From Nitriliruptoraceae bacterium (GTDB lineage Bacteria > Actinomycetota > Nitriliruptoria > Nitriliruptorales > Nitriliruptoraceae): a DNA stretch of 43,747 nucleotides. Both the position numbers and the translations under genes were made by a program. The DNA is taken from NCBI GenBank assembly GCA_041627475.1, contig JBFKQZ010000001.1:1-43747 (forward strand), read 5' to 3'. Below the pieces are notes generated by a model that saw nothing but the letters and a program-made list of their open reading frames with translations, was not told where the DNA came from and did not search any database. Within the stretch, counting starts at the first letter, position 1; each line of letters begins with the position of its first letter. Below, in pieces: positions 17,054-24,525 of this stretch.

Positions 17054-18277
17054 GTGCACATCCCGCGCTTCCGACGCACCACCGCAGTCACGATGGCTGC
17101 GGTGCTCAGCGTGCTCGTCGCCGGCGTCCCGTTGGGCAGCGCCGCCACGATCGACGAGCTGCGCAACGACCTCGACGACACGCGCAACCAGCTCGACTCC
17201 GCCGAGGAGGAGCTGGCACGGACCCGCGAGGAGAAGGGGACCGTCGCCGACCAGGTGCGCGCCGCCGATGCCGCCATCGCGCAGCTGTCCAACGAGCTCG
17301 CCGTGCTCGAGAACCAGCTCGCCGACGCCCGGGCCAGCGCCGAGGGCGCCGCGCGGCGGACCGAGGAGGCCCGCCAGCAGCTGATGGTCCTCGACGCCGA
17401 GCTGAAGGAGGCCGAGGCCTACCTCGCCGAGCGCGAGCGACTCCTCGAGGACCGTGCCGTCGCCGCCTTCATGTTCGGCAGCGTCAACTACGCCGAGGTC
17501 GTGGTCGAGTCGCGCTCGGTCACCGAGTTCGTCAACACGACCTACTACCTGCGCCGGATCCTCGACGAGGACAAGCGCGTCGTCGAGGACGTCGAGGACC
17601 TCACCGCCCAGCTCGCCACCGCCCGCGCCGAGGCCGATCGCCTGCGCGAGCAGATGGAGGCCGACCAACGTGCCGCCGACGAGGCGCTGGCGATCATCAC
17701 GACGCTGACCGAGGAGCAGGCCCGCGTCACCGCGCTGGCCGAGCAGGAGCGCTCACGCCGGCAGTCGCTGCTGCAGGAGCTCGAGGTCCTCGAGGCCGCC
17801 ACCGAGGCGCAGATCGCCGAGCTCGAGGCCGAGTCCGCCGCCCTCGAGGAGGAGCTGCGCAACGCCCGCTGGCGTGCCGGCGCCCCCGGCAACGGCACCT
17901 GGGTGTGGCCCACCACCGGGCCGATCACCTCGCCCTACGGCTACCGGACGCACCCGATCTACGGCTCGCGTCGCCTGCACACCGGCGTGGACGTCGGTGC
18001 CGGGTGGGGGACCCCGATCGTCGCGGCCAACACCGGGCTCGTCATCGCTGCCTACTGCTCCGGCGGGGGCTACGGCTGCCGCATCGTGATCGACCACGGT
18101 GGTGGCATGGCGTCGCTGTACGCCCACCAGTCGAGCTTCGCCGTCGCCGAGGGGACCGTCGTCACCGCCGGCCAGACCATCGGCTACGTCGGGTCCACGG
18201 GCGCGTCGACCGGCCCGCACCTGCACTTCGAGATCCGGCGCGAGGGTGTGCCGGAGGACCCGATGGGTCACTACTGA
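17054..18277 (+). CDS. secreted coiled-coil M23 peptidoglycan endopeptidase (EnvC/PcsB/RipC-type FtsEX partner architecture)
   Basis: Signal peptide (RFRRTTAVTMAAVLSVLVAGVPLGSAAT). About 270 aa of heptad-like Ala/Glu/Leu/Arg-rich helices. M23 domain with intact HTGVD and HLHFE zinc motifs. GTG 17054 follows GGAGA. ATG 17015 and TTG 16979 are alternatives. Confidence 0.9.
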   Translation: MHIPRFRRTTAVTMAAVLSVLVAGVPLGSAATIDELRNDLDDTRNQLDSAEEELARTREEKGTVADQVRAADAAIAQLSNELAVLENQLADARASAEGAARRTEEARQQLMVLDAELKEAEAYLAERERLLEDRAVAAFMFGSVNYAEVVVESRSVTEFVNTTYYLRRILDEDKRVVEDVEDLTAQLATARAEADRLREQMEADQRAADEALAIITTLTEEQARVTALAEQERSRRQSLLQELEVLEAATEAQIAELEAESAALEEELRNARWRAGAPGNGTWVWPTTGPITSPYGYRTHPIYGSRRLHTGVDVGAGWGTPIVAANTGLVIAAYCSGGGYGCRIVIDHGGGMASLYAHQSSFAVAEGTVVTAGQTIGYVGSTGASTGPHLHFEIRREGVPEDPMGHY

Positions 18278-18304
18278 CCGGACGCGGGCCCTACGCTCAC
18301 TCGC

Positions 18305-18781
18305 ATGGGAAACAACGCGAAGTCCGATGGCACGAAGCTGGTCGTGCAGAACCGTCGTGCTCGGTACGACTACCACCTCGACGACAAGTACGAGGCCGGG
18401 ATCCAGCTGACCGGGACCGAGGTCAAGTCGCTGCGTGACGGCAAGGCGTCGCTCGCCGAGGCGTGGGTGAAGATCGACGACCGCGGTGAGGCGTGGCTCA
18501 TGCAGTGCACGATCCCGCACTACGAGCACGGCAACATCAACAACCACCACCCGACCCGCCAGCGCAAGCTGCTGCTGCGTCGCCAGGAGCTCGACCGACT
18601 CCAGAAGGCGGTGGCTGCCAAGGGTGTCTCGCTGGTGCCGACCCGGCTGTACTTCAAGCGTGGGCTCGCGAAGCTCGAGTTCGCGGTCGGGCGCGGCAAG
18701 AACGTCGCCGACAAGCGCGAGACCGCCAAGAAGCGCACCGCACAGCGCGAGATCGACAAGGCCCTCAGCAAGAAGTGGTGA
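18305..18781 (+). CDS. smpB: SsrA-binding protein SmpB
   Basis: Motifs NRRARYDYHL, GIQLTGTEVKSLR, HYEHGN, RQRKLLL, LVPTRLYF and the basic C-terminal tail. Confidence 0.96.
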   Translation: MGNNAKSDGTKLVVQNRRARYDYHLDDKYEAGIQLTGTEVKSLRDGKASLAEAWVKIDDRGEAWLMQCTIPHYEHGNINNHHPTRQRKLLLRRQELDRLQKAVAAKGVSLVPTRLYFKRGLAKLEFAVGRGKNVADKRETAKKRTAQREIDKALSKKW

Positions 18782-18801
18782 GACGCTGGGCCGGAACCAC
18801 G

Positions 18802-18846
18802 AGTGGGTACCGGCCGCCCCAGCACGTGAGGCGTTCGGTACCCACT
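18802..18846. terminator. 11-bp stem with 23-nt loop between convergent smpB and secreted-protein genes
   Basis: AGTGGGTACCG (18802-18812) pairs with CGGTACCCACT (18836-18846). The large loop makes the terminator function uncertain. Confidence 0.3.
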
Positions 18847-18861
18847 GGGTCGCGCGTGTGG

Positions 18862-19737
18862 TCAGGCGGCCGGCTCGGTGCCCTCGTCCACGGGCTGTGG
18901 CTCGGACACCGTGATCGGGTCGAGGTCGATCGTCGTGCACTCCGTCGCGTTGCCGTCGAAGTCGGCGGCGCCGGCGCAGAGCTCGACGCTGAGGGTGTGC
19001 TCACCGGGGGCGAGGCCGGACGCGTCCAGCGCGTAGCCGGCGTCCGACAGCGGGCTCGTGTCCGCGACCTCGCCGTCGACGAGGAGCGTCGCCTGCGGCA
19101 GGACGGCGAAGGCGTTGATGGCCATGTCGTCGAGGATGCCGTTGACGAAGGTCGCGCCGCCGGTCGTGCCGGTCCCGACGTAGAGGTTGGAGTGGACGTA
19201 CTGGCCGTTGATCGTCGCCCCCGGGTTCTCACCGATCGGGAGCAGCCAGGTCAGGGTGTCGTCCTCGAAGCTGCCCTCGACCGGAGTGGTGGAGCACTCG
19301 TTGACGCCCGTGTCCGGGTTGACCGCGCAGCTCTGGGCGCCGAAGCGCAGGCCGGCGTCCGCCGTCGCGGTGACGGTCAGCTCGGTGAGCTCGCCGTCGA
19401 TGGTCGGCGCGATCTCGATCGCCATGCCCTGCGGCAGGTAGCCCGTGCCGGGGTTGGCGTCGCCGAGCGTGACGTGCAGCGCGAGCGTCGTGGCGTCCGG
19501 GAAGCTGACGGCGTACTCGCTGACGTCGACGCCGGAGCCGGAGCCCAGCGCGTCGTCGGCCGGGTCGACACCGATGACGACGGTGTCGAGCGGCTGCACG
19601 AGCGTGCCGACCACGCGGACGTTGCCGGCGGCGTCGACCATGACGTCCGTCGTGTCGGCGGCGGGTGCTGCGGCGATGGCGGCACCGGCCAGGGCGGCCA
19701 CCGCGAGGGCGGCCGGGAGGGTGCGGGAGCGGAACAT
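18862..19737 (-). CDS. secreted hypothetical protein (Ala/Thr/Gly/Asp-rich, two Cys pairs)
   Basis: 291 aa. Signal peptide MFRSRTLPAALAVAALAGAAIAAAPA. Cys pairs CAVNPDTGVNEC and CAGAADFDGNATEC. Strong G/C third-position bias. No recognisable catalytic motif. Confidence 0.7.
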   Translation of the reverse strand: MFRSRTLPAALAVAALAGAAIAAAPAADTTDVMVDAAGNVRVVGTLVQPLDTVVIGVDPADDALGSGSGVDVSEYAVSFPDATTLALHVTLGDANPGTGYLPQGMAIEIAPTIDGELTELTVTATADAGLRFGAQSCAVNPDTGVNECSTTPVEGSFEDDTLTWLLPIGENPGATINGQYVHSNLYVGTGTTGGATFVNGILDDMAINAFAVLPQATLLVDGEVADTSPLSDAGYALDASGLAPGEHTLSVELCAGAADFDGNATECTTIDLDPITVSEPQPVDEGTEPAA

Positions 19738-19854
19738 GCGGGGGTCCTCGAGGGGGTGGGGGAGCGGGATCGCGGTTCGGGACTTCGCCGCTGGCGCCCG
19801 TGACTCCTCCCACCCGTTCGGCCACCGTCCGTGTCCGTCGGATCACGGACGGGA

Positions 19855-19883
19855 ATGACAAGCGGGGCCCCGTGCGTTACGAT
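19855..19883 (+). promoter_or_regulatory. candidate sigma-70-type promoter ATGACA-17 nt-TACGAT upstream of ssrA
   Basis: -35-like ATGACA at 19855-19860 and -10-like TACGAT at 19878-19883, with an exact 17-nt spacer. This implies an approx 80-nt leader before the mature tmRNA 5' end. Unverified. Confidence 0.3.
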
Positions 19884-19969
19884 GGTCGACCCTCCGCAGG
19901 GAGGGACTTGACAACTCAAGAGCGTCGATGCACTGGCGTCGCACCTGTGCGACGCACCCACCACACCAC

Positions 19970-20323
19970 GGGGCTGACCTGGTTTCGACCGTGCTCAGTC
20001 CGGTGACAGAGGGAGCGTGCCGAGGACCCACGGTGACCTCGTAAATGAACCTGTGGAACCTTATATCTGCCGACACTGATCTGGCACTGGCTGCATGACA
20101 GCCACGTCCTGCCTCTGACACCTCTAGGAGGGTCAGGACGACATCAGAGGTAACTGGTGAACCAGCGGGCAGCCAGCTGGGGATCGACACGTGAAGCTGC
20201 TAGGGACTGGGAAGTCGTCTGATCTCGGAGCGCCCAGCCCGAACCTCATCCGGTGATCTACGCACGTAGAGCCCACAGCATCGGGGGCGCGGGACCGGGG
20301 TTCGACTCCCCGCAGCTCCACCA
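19970..20323 (+). ncRNA. ssrA: tmRNA (SsrA), one-piece, with encoded CCA
   Basis: 5' GGGGCUG pairs with 3' CAGCUCC-A-CCA, including the G3:U identity pair. GGUUUCGAC, GCCGAGGA and CUCGUAAA blocks are present. T-arm GGGGUUCGACUCCCC. Internal tag ORF. smpB lies 1.2 kb upstream. Confidence 0.93.
20069..20098 (+). other. tmRNA tag reading frame: (A)ADTDLALAA + UGA
   Basis: GCC GAC ACT GAT CTG GCA CTG GCT GCA TGA follows the AU-rich CUUAUAUCU resume context. It ends in the canonical hydrophobic LALAA degron. Confidence 0.8.
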
Positions 20324-20574
20324 ACCCCACGCATGACCGACCACGAACCGTGGGACGTCTGCGACAGACCTCGTGTGGTCAGGCACCGCGGCAGCAGCCA
20401 CCAAGGGCTGCACCGTGGGGACGGGCGACCACCGCCACCGCCACCAAGGGCGGCGCGGCCGGGTCCCGACCAGCTTCGACCATGCGTTGCAACAAGCGCA
20501 TCGACGCGCCGACGACCCCGCACCATCTCCGGATGGCGCGGGGTCTTCGTGTGTGCCCGTCGTGGTCGGGCTCG

Positions 20575-21093
20575 TCAGTTCCGTGGCCGCAGGAGGAACA
20601 CGCGGATCGTCCGGTGCGACGCGCGCTCCCGGTAGGCGCGGTAGCCCGGGTAGATCGCCGCCGCCCGCTCGAAGGCGAGGTCGGCCTCGGTCTCCGAGGC
20701 GCGCTCCGCGACGACGTCGACGGTCCGTCCTCGGTGGGCGATCCGTGCCCGCGGATCGGCCTCCAGGTTGTGCACCCAGGCCGGGGTCGGCGCCTGGCCG
20801 AAGTTCGACCCGATCAGTGCCACATCGTCGTCGACCGGGATCGCCAGGAGCGGTGTCGTCCGGTCGAGGCCTGACCGTCGGCCCGTCGTCGTCAGCAGCA
20901 CGACCGGTAGGCCCGCCAGCAGGGTCGCGAGCGTGAACCGACCGCGGGACACCTTGAAGAGCACCCGATCCGCGTGGTGCAGCGTGCGTTGGAGGACCCA
21001 CGCGCCGAGGGCAGTCCCGGCCGTCCATCGCACGGCGCGGTGCAGCAGGTTCGGTGGTCGGTAGCGCAGCCCGAGCTGCTCCTGGACGGTCAT
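20575..21093 (-). CDS. deazaflavin (F420)-dependent nitroreductase-family oxidoreductase (Ddn/DUF385-like)
   Basis: LLTTTGRRSGLDRTTPLLAIPVDDDVALIGSNFGQAPTPAWVHNLEADP matches the family hallmark. Confidence 0.88.
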   Translation of the reverse strand: MTVQEQLGLRYRPPNLLHRAVRWTAGTALGAWVLQRTLHHADRVLFKVSRGRFTLATLLAGLPVVLLTTTGRRSGLDRTTPLLAIPVDDDVALIGSNFGQAPTPAWVHNLEADPRARIAHRGRTVDVVAERASETEADLAFERAAAIYPGYRAYRERASHRTIRVFLLRPRN

Positions 21094-21342
21094 GGCGCAC
21101 CCCCTGGACGGATCCTACGGAGCCCCGCCCGCGCAGTCCCCGCCATGCTCCAGTGCGTCGCATCGGGCGCTTGCGTGCGCAGGTCGGACGCATCGGTGCG
21201 AAGTCGGTCGCGCCGGCGATGCGTCTCTCACGAAACGGTTTCGACAGGCCGACGAGAGGGGCAGCCGCGTCGAACCACGGCGCGCCAGCGACGATGCCGG
21301 TGGCGGCCGGCAGTTGCATCCTGGGGCCCACAGGGACCCACA

Positions 21343-21377
21343 CGACGACGCCAGAGCCGGGGGGCCTGGCGTCGTCG
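21343..21377. terminator. 12-bp stem hairpin immediately downstream of the signal-peptidase gene
   Basis: CGACGACGCCAG (21343-21354) pairs with CTGGCGTCGTCG (21366-21377), with an 11-nt loop. Ends 5 nt from the minus-strand stop codon at 21383-21385. Confidence 0.55.
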
Positions 21378-21382
21378 CACGT

Positions 21383-22222
21383 CTAGGCCCGGGCCGTCCA
21401 CGGTGCGATCGTCGCTGCCACGTCCGGCGGCAGGTCGTGCTCGACGGCGGCCCACCACTCGTCGATGGCAGCGGAGCCGTCGCGGCGCCGCTGGCTGGCG
21501 ACCGGCACGAGACCGAGCATGGCCTCGTCGGCGTCCGCGACGGCGAGGACGTAGAAGCGGGCGCCGTCGTCGGTCGACAGGACCGCGCCGGACCGCTCGG
21601 CCGACGGCAGGCCGACGACCGCCGCGGTGCGGACCCGGACGATGTCGCGCAGCACGGCGTCCGGCAGCCCGTCGTCCTGGAACTGCTCGCACGTGGCCAG
21701 CAGGGCCTCCACGCGGGGGTCTGCCGTGGGCGTCGGCGGGACGATCTCGTCGGCCTCCTCGGCCGGCTCGGGAGCGTGCCGCTGGGCGAGCCCCAGCACG
21801 ACTCCGCCGGTCAGCAGGAGCAGGGCCCCGCCGAGCAGCCAGGGGCCACCGACGCGCAGCATGCTCCCCAACCGCGGCACCACCAGCACGACGCGGTCCA
21901 CCTCGCCGCGCAGGGTCACCGGGGAGCGGTCCGGGAAGCGGCTGGCGTCGCCCTTGAGCAGGGCGGTGCGCCCCCCGACGGCGTCGTCGATGGCCACGAC
22001 GCGGTGGGTGACCAACCCGCGGTCCGGGGTCCGGACCGTGATGACGTCCTGCACCTCGATCGCCGTGACCGGCTCGACGCGGTGGACGAGCAGGTCCCCC
22101 GACGAGGCCCACGGCTCCATCGACCCCGAGTCGAGGACGGCGGTGGACCACGACGTGACGAACCACACGAACGCGGCGCCCGACAACGAGAGCACGATGG
22201 CGACGGCCAGTGACCTCCGCAC
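21383..22222 (-). CDS. S26 signal peptidase I, archaeal/eukaryal (SipW/Sec11) type, with second TM and approx 130-aa C-terminal extension
   Basis: N-terminal TM, then SGSMEP (Ser), THRV (His), KGDASRFPD and VVPRLG. Second TM WLLGGALLLLTGGVVLGL. The C-terminal region is unrecognised. GTG start with GAGAGGGGG upstream. Confidence 0.8.
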   Translation of the reverse strand: MRRSLAVAIVLSLSGAAFVWFVTSWSTAVLDSGSMEPWASSGDLLVHRVEPVTAIEVQDVITVRTPDRGLVTHRVVAIDDAVGGRTALLKGDASRFPDRSPVTLRGEVDRVVLVVPRLGSMLRVGGPWLLGGALLLLTGGVVLGLAQRHAPEPAEEADEIVPPTPTADPRVEALLATCEQFQDDGLPDAVLRDIVRVRTAAVVGLPSAERSGAVLSTDDGARFYVLAVADADEAMLGLVPVASQRRRDGSAAIDEWWAAVEHDLPPDVAATIAPWTARA

Positions 22223-22347
22223 CGCAGGACCCCCTCTCGTCGCGGCGGACGCTACCGCCGTGCGTCATGCGCACCGAGGGCAGGAGATCGGTCCAGGGGC
22301 GGCGAAGCCACGCGGGAAGCCCTCCATCTTCCCACCAGGAGCACTCC

Positions 22348-23898
22348 GTGCGTCGCACGACCATCGCCTTCGTGGCCGCCAGCGCGCTGGCCGGCCTCGC
22401 CTTCGCCCCGATCGTGGACGGCGGTGGCTGGACCGGTCCGTCCGAGGAGCGTCTCGCCGACCCGCTCGCGTACCTCGACGGCGCCAGCACGAACCCGGGG
22501 CCGCTCGACCTGGTCGAGTCGGTGGACAACGTCCCGGCCGGCTTCCTGTGCCGCCCGTACGTGCCGCTCGTCACGTCGGTTGACGCACCTGACCAGGTGC
22601 CGTGCGAGCTGGACGCGGCACCGATCCAGAACAAGCAGTTCAACCCCGCCCCGGTGTTCAGCTTCGACTTCGACGAGAAGCTCGTGGGGACCCGCCACCC
22701 GTCGATCCCGGACAAGGACGGCAACCCGGACGGTGGGAAGATCCGCGGTGGCAACGCCGGCGACCACGGCACGTTCATGGAGTTCTACACCCGTGAGTTC
22801 GAGGGCGAGACGATCGACGTCGCGATCCAGGGCGTCAACGACATCGGTGCGCTGCTCTGGGACGTCACGGACCCGACCGCGCCCGAGCTCCTGTCGGTCA
22901 TCAACTGTGGCTACCACCAGGTCGACGTCGGGATGTACCAACTCGATGACGGCCGCTGGATCGCCGTGCTCGGCGCTGACGACGTCACCGATCACGAGGA
23001 CTGCCTCAAGAATCCGGGCAGCCCGTACTTCCGAGGTTTCACGCTCGCGGCCGGTTCCGGCCAGGAGGTCATGGCCTTCTTCGACGTGACCGAACTGCGC
23101 AAGCCGAAGGCGCTGTCCGCGGTTGGGACCAGCATCACCGCCACCGGTGGCTCGCACACCATCGAGATGCAGGGCAACGCACCGATCGCCTACATCGTCA
23201 CCGCGCTCGACCCGCGGCTGGAGATCGTGGACTTCTCGGACCCCGAGAAGCCGGTCATCACCGGTCCGCTCGAGACCCTCGGCAACCCGCACGCCTTCCG
23301 CGTCAGTGACGACGGCACGCGGGGCTACTCGGCCGGCTCGTTCATGCAGACGCTGTCGATCCACGACCTGACCGATCCGTACAACCCGGCCCCGATCGGC
23401 GTCTCCGCCGCCCCGCGGAACCTCTACACCCACGAGTCGCTGCCGTCGCACGACAAGAGCTTCGTCCTGGTCATGGACGAGGGTGGCTACGACCCGGGCT
23501 ACGACCAGGGCGTCTGCCCGGGCACCGGCTTCTGGCTCTACGACCTGACCGTCGAGACGAGCCCGGTGCCGCTGTCGTACACGGTCGCCGACATCGACGG
23601 GCTGACCGGCACCGACGGGACGGGCAGCGGTCCGACCGCGTGCGCCGTGCACTACGGCAACATCAACCACAGCGACGACACGCTGACGGTGGCCTACTAC
23701 GGCGCTGGCGTCCGCGTGTTCGACCTCAGCGACCCCCTGGACCCGAACGAGGTCGGCGCGCTGATGTTCGAGGACTCCGACGTCTGGACCGCCAAGTCCT
23801 ACCGCGACGGCCGCTACGTCTTCGTCTCGGACCTCAGCCGCGGCTTCGAGGTCTACGAGTGGCTCGGTGAGCAGGACCTGGCCGACCGGGCCGACTGA
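22348..23898 (+). CDS. secreted LVIVD-repeat beta-propeller protein
   Basis: GTG 22348 lies 6 nt after AGGAG. Signal peptide VRRTTIAFVAASALAGLAFAP. Repeated LVIVD-type strings LLWDVTDPTAPEL, FFDVTELRKPKAL, LEIVDFSDPEKPV, LSIHDLTDPYNPAP, VRVFDLSDPLDPNEV. Confidence 0.8.
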   Translation: MRRTTIAFVAASALAGLAFAPIVDGGGWTGPSEERLADPLAYLDGASTNPGPLDLVESVDNVPAGFLCRPYVPLVTSVDAPDQVPCELDAAPIQNKQFNPAPVFSFDFDEKLVGTRHPSIPDKDGNPDGGKIRGGNAGDHGTFMEFYTREFEGETIDVAIQGVNDIGALLWDVTDPTAPELLSVINCGYHQVDVGMYQLDDGRWIAVLGADDVTDHEDCLKNPGSPYFRGFTLAAGSGQEVMAFFDVTELRKPKALSAVGTSITATGGSHTIEMQGNAPIAYIVTALDPRLEIVDFSDPEKPVITGPLETLGNPHAFRVSDDGTRGYSAGSFMQTLSIHDLTDPYNPAPIGVSAAPRNLYTHESLPSHDKSFVLVMDEGGYDPGYDQGVCPGTGFWLYDLTVETSPVPLSYTVADIDGLTGTDGTGSGPTACAVHYGNINHSDDTLTVAYYGAGVRVFDLSDPLDPNEVGALMFEDSDVWTAKSYRDGRYVFVSDLSRGFEVYEWLGEQDLADRAD

Positions 23899-23925
23899 CA
23901 CGCTGCACGCACCACGGCGACGCCG

Positions 23926-24525
23926 TCACGCGCCCACACGGGTCAGCGTGGCGGCGTCGTCCGTCAGGGCCAGGGCGGTGATCCGGCCGTGGGGCACGTC
24001 GATCGACAGGGTGGCCGCCAGCGGCAGGCCCAGCGCCGTGGCGATGACCTGTCGGACCGTGCCGGCGTGGGTGACGACCACGGTCGTGCCCGGGTCGCGC
24101 GGCACGTCCTCGAGCGCGGCGGCGACGCGTGCCGCCGCGGCGGGCGGCGTCTCGCCGTCGGGCGGGGTGAAGGCGAGGTAGGCCGCCGGGTCCTCGGTGA
24201 CCTCGGGAGGCGCGCCTGCCCAGCACGCGTCCCACGGCTCACCCTCCCAGGCGCCCCAGTCACGTTCGCGCCAGTCCTCGTCGACCACGGCCTGCAGGCC
24301 CAGCGTCGCGGCGATCGGTGCCATGGTCGCCTCTGCGCGCTGCGCCGGGGAGCGCAGCAGGCGCGTGACCCGACCGAACTCGTTGGCGAGGACGCGGACC
24401 CGCAGCGACGCGGCGTGCGCCTGCCGGCGGCCGAGCGACGACAGCTCCGGGTCGCTGCGCGTGCCGTGGCAGAGATGGCGGTCGACGGGTTCGCCGTGGC
24501 GGACGAGCAGGAGGTTGTGGGTCAT
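23926..24525 (-). CDS. cobC: histidine-phosphatase family protein, probable alpha-ribazole phosphatase
   Basis: N-terminal LLLVRHGE (RHG motif) and later THAGT. Its ATG overlaps the cobS stop (ATGA). The tracked 512-aa ORF is an artefact upstream of this ATG. Confidence 0.78.
   Translation of the reverse strand: MTHNLLLVRHGEPVDRHLCHGTRSDPELSSLGRRQAHAASLRVRVLANEFGRVTRLLRSPAQRAEATMAPIAATLGLQAVVDEDWRERDWGAWEGEPWDACWAGAPPEVTEDPAAYLAFTPPDGETPPAAAARVAAALEDVPRDPGTTVVVTHAGTVRQVIATALGLPLAATLSIDVPHGRITALALTDDAATLTRVGA

Noticed and set aside
19908-19936. Perfect TTGACA as the ssrA -35 element
   Set aside because: No acceptable TAnnnT hexamer lies 16-19 nt downstream; the sequence there is CACTGG / ACTGGC. 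The upstream ATGACA-17-TACGAT pair is the better, though still unverified, candidate.
21231-21243. LexA SOS box (actinobacterial TCGAAC-N4-GTTCGA / GAAC-N4-GTTC)
   Set aside because: The half-sites and spacing do not fit. CGAAAC-G-GTTTCG has a 1-nt centre and A/T where the consensus has C/G.
20324-23898. Genomic island integrated at the tmRNA 3' end
   Set aside because: There is no integrase or recombinase and no direct repeat of the ssrA terminus within the window. Base composition looks the same as in the flanks. The idea remains untested beyond this window.
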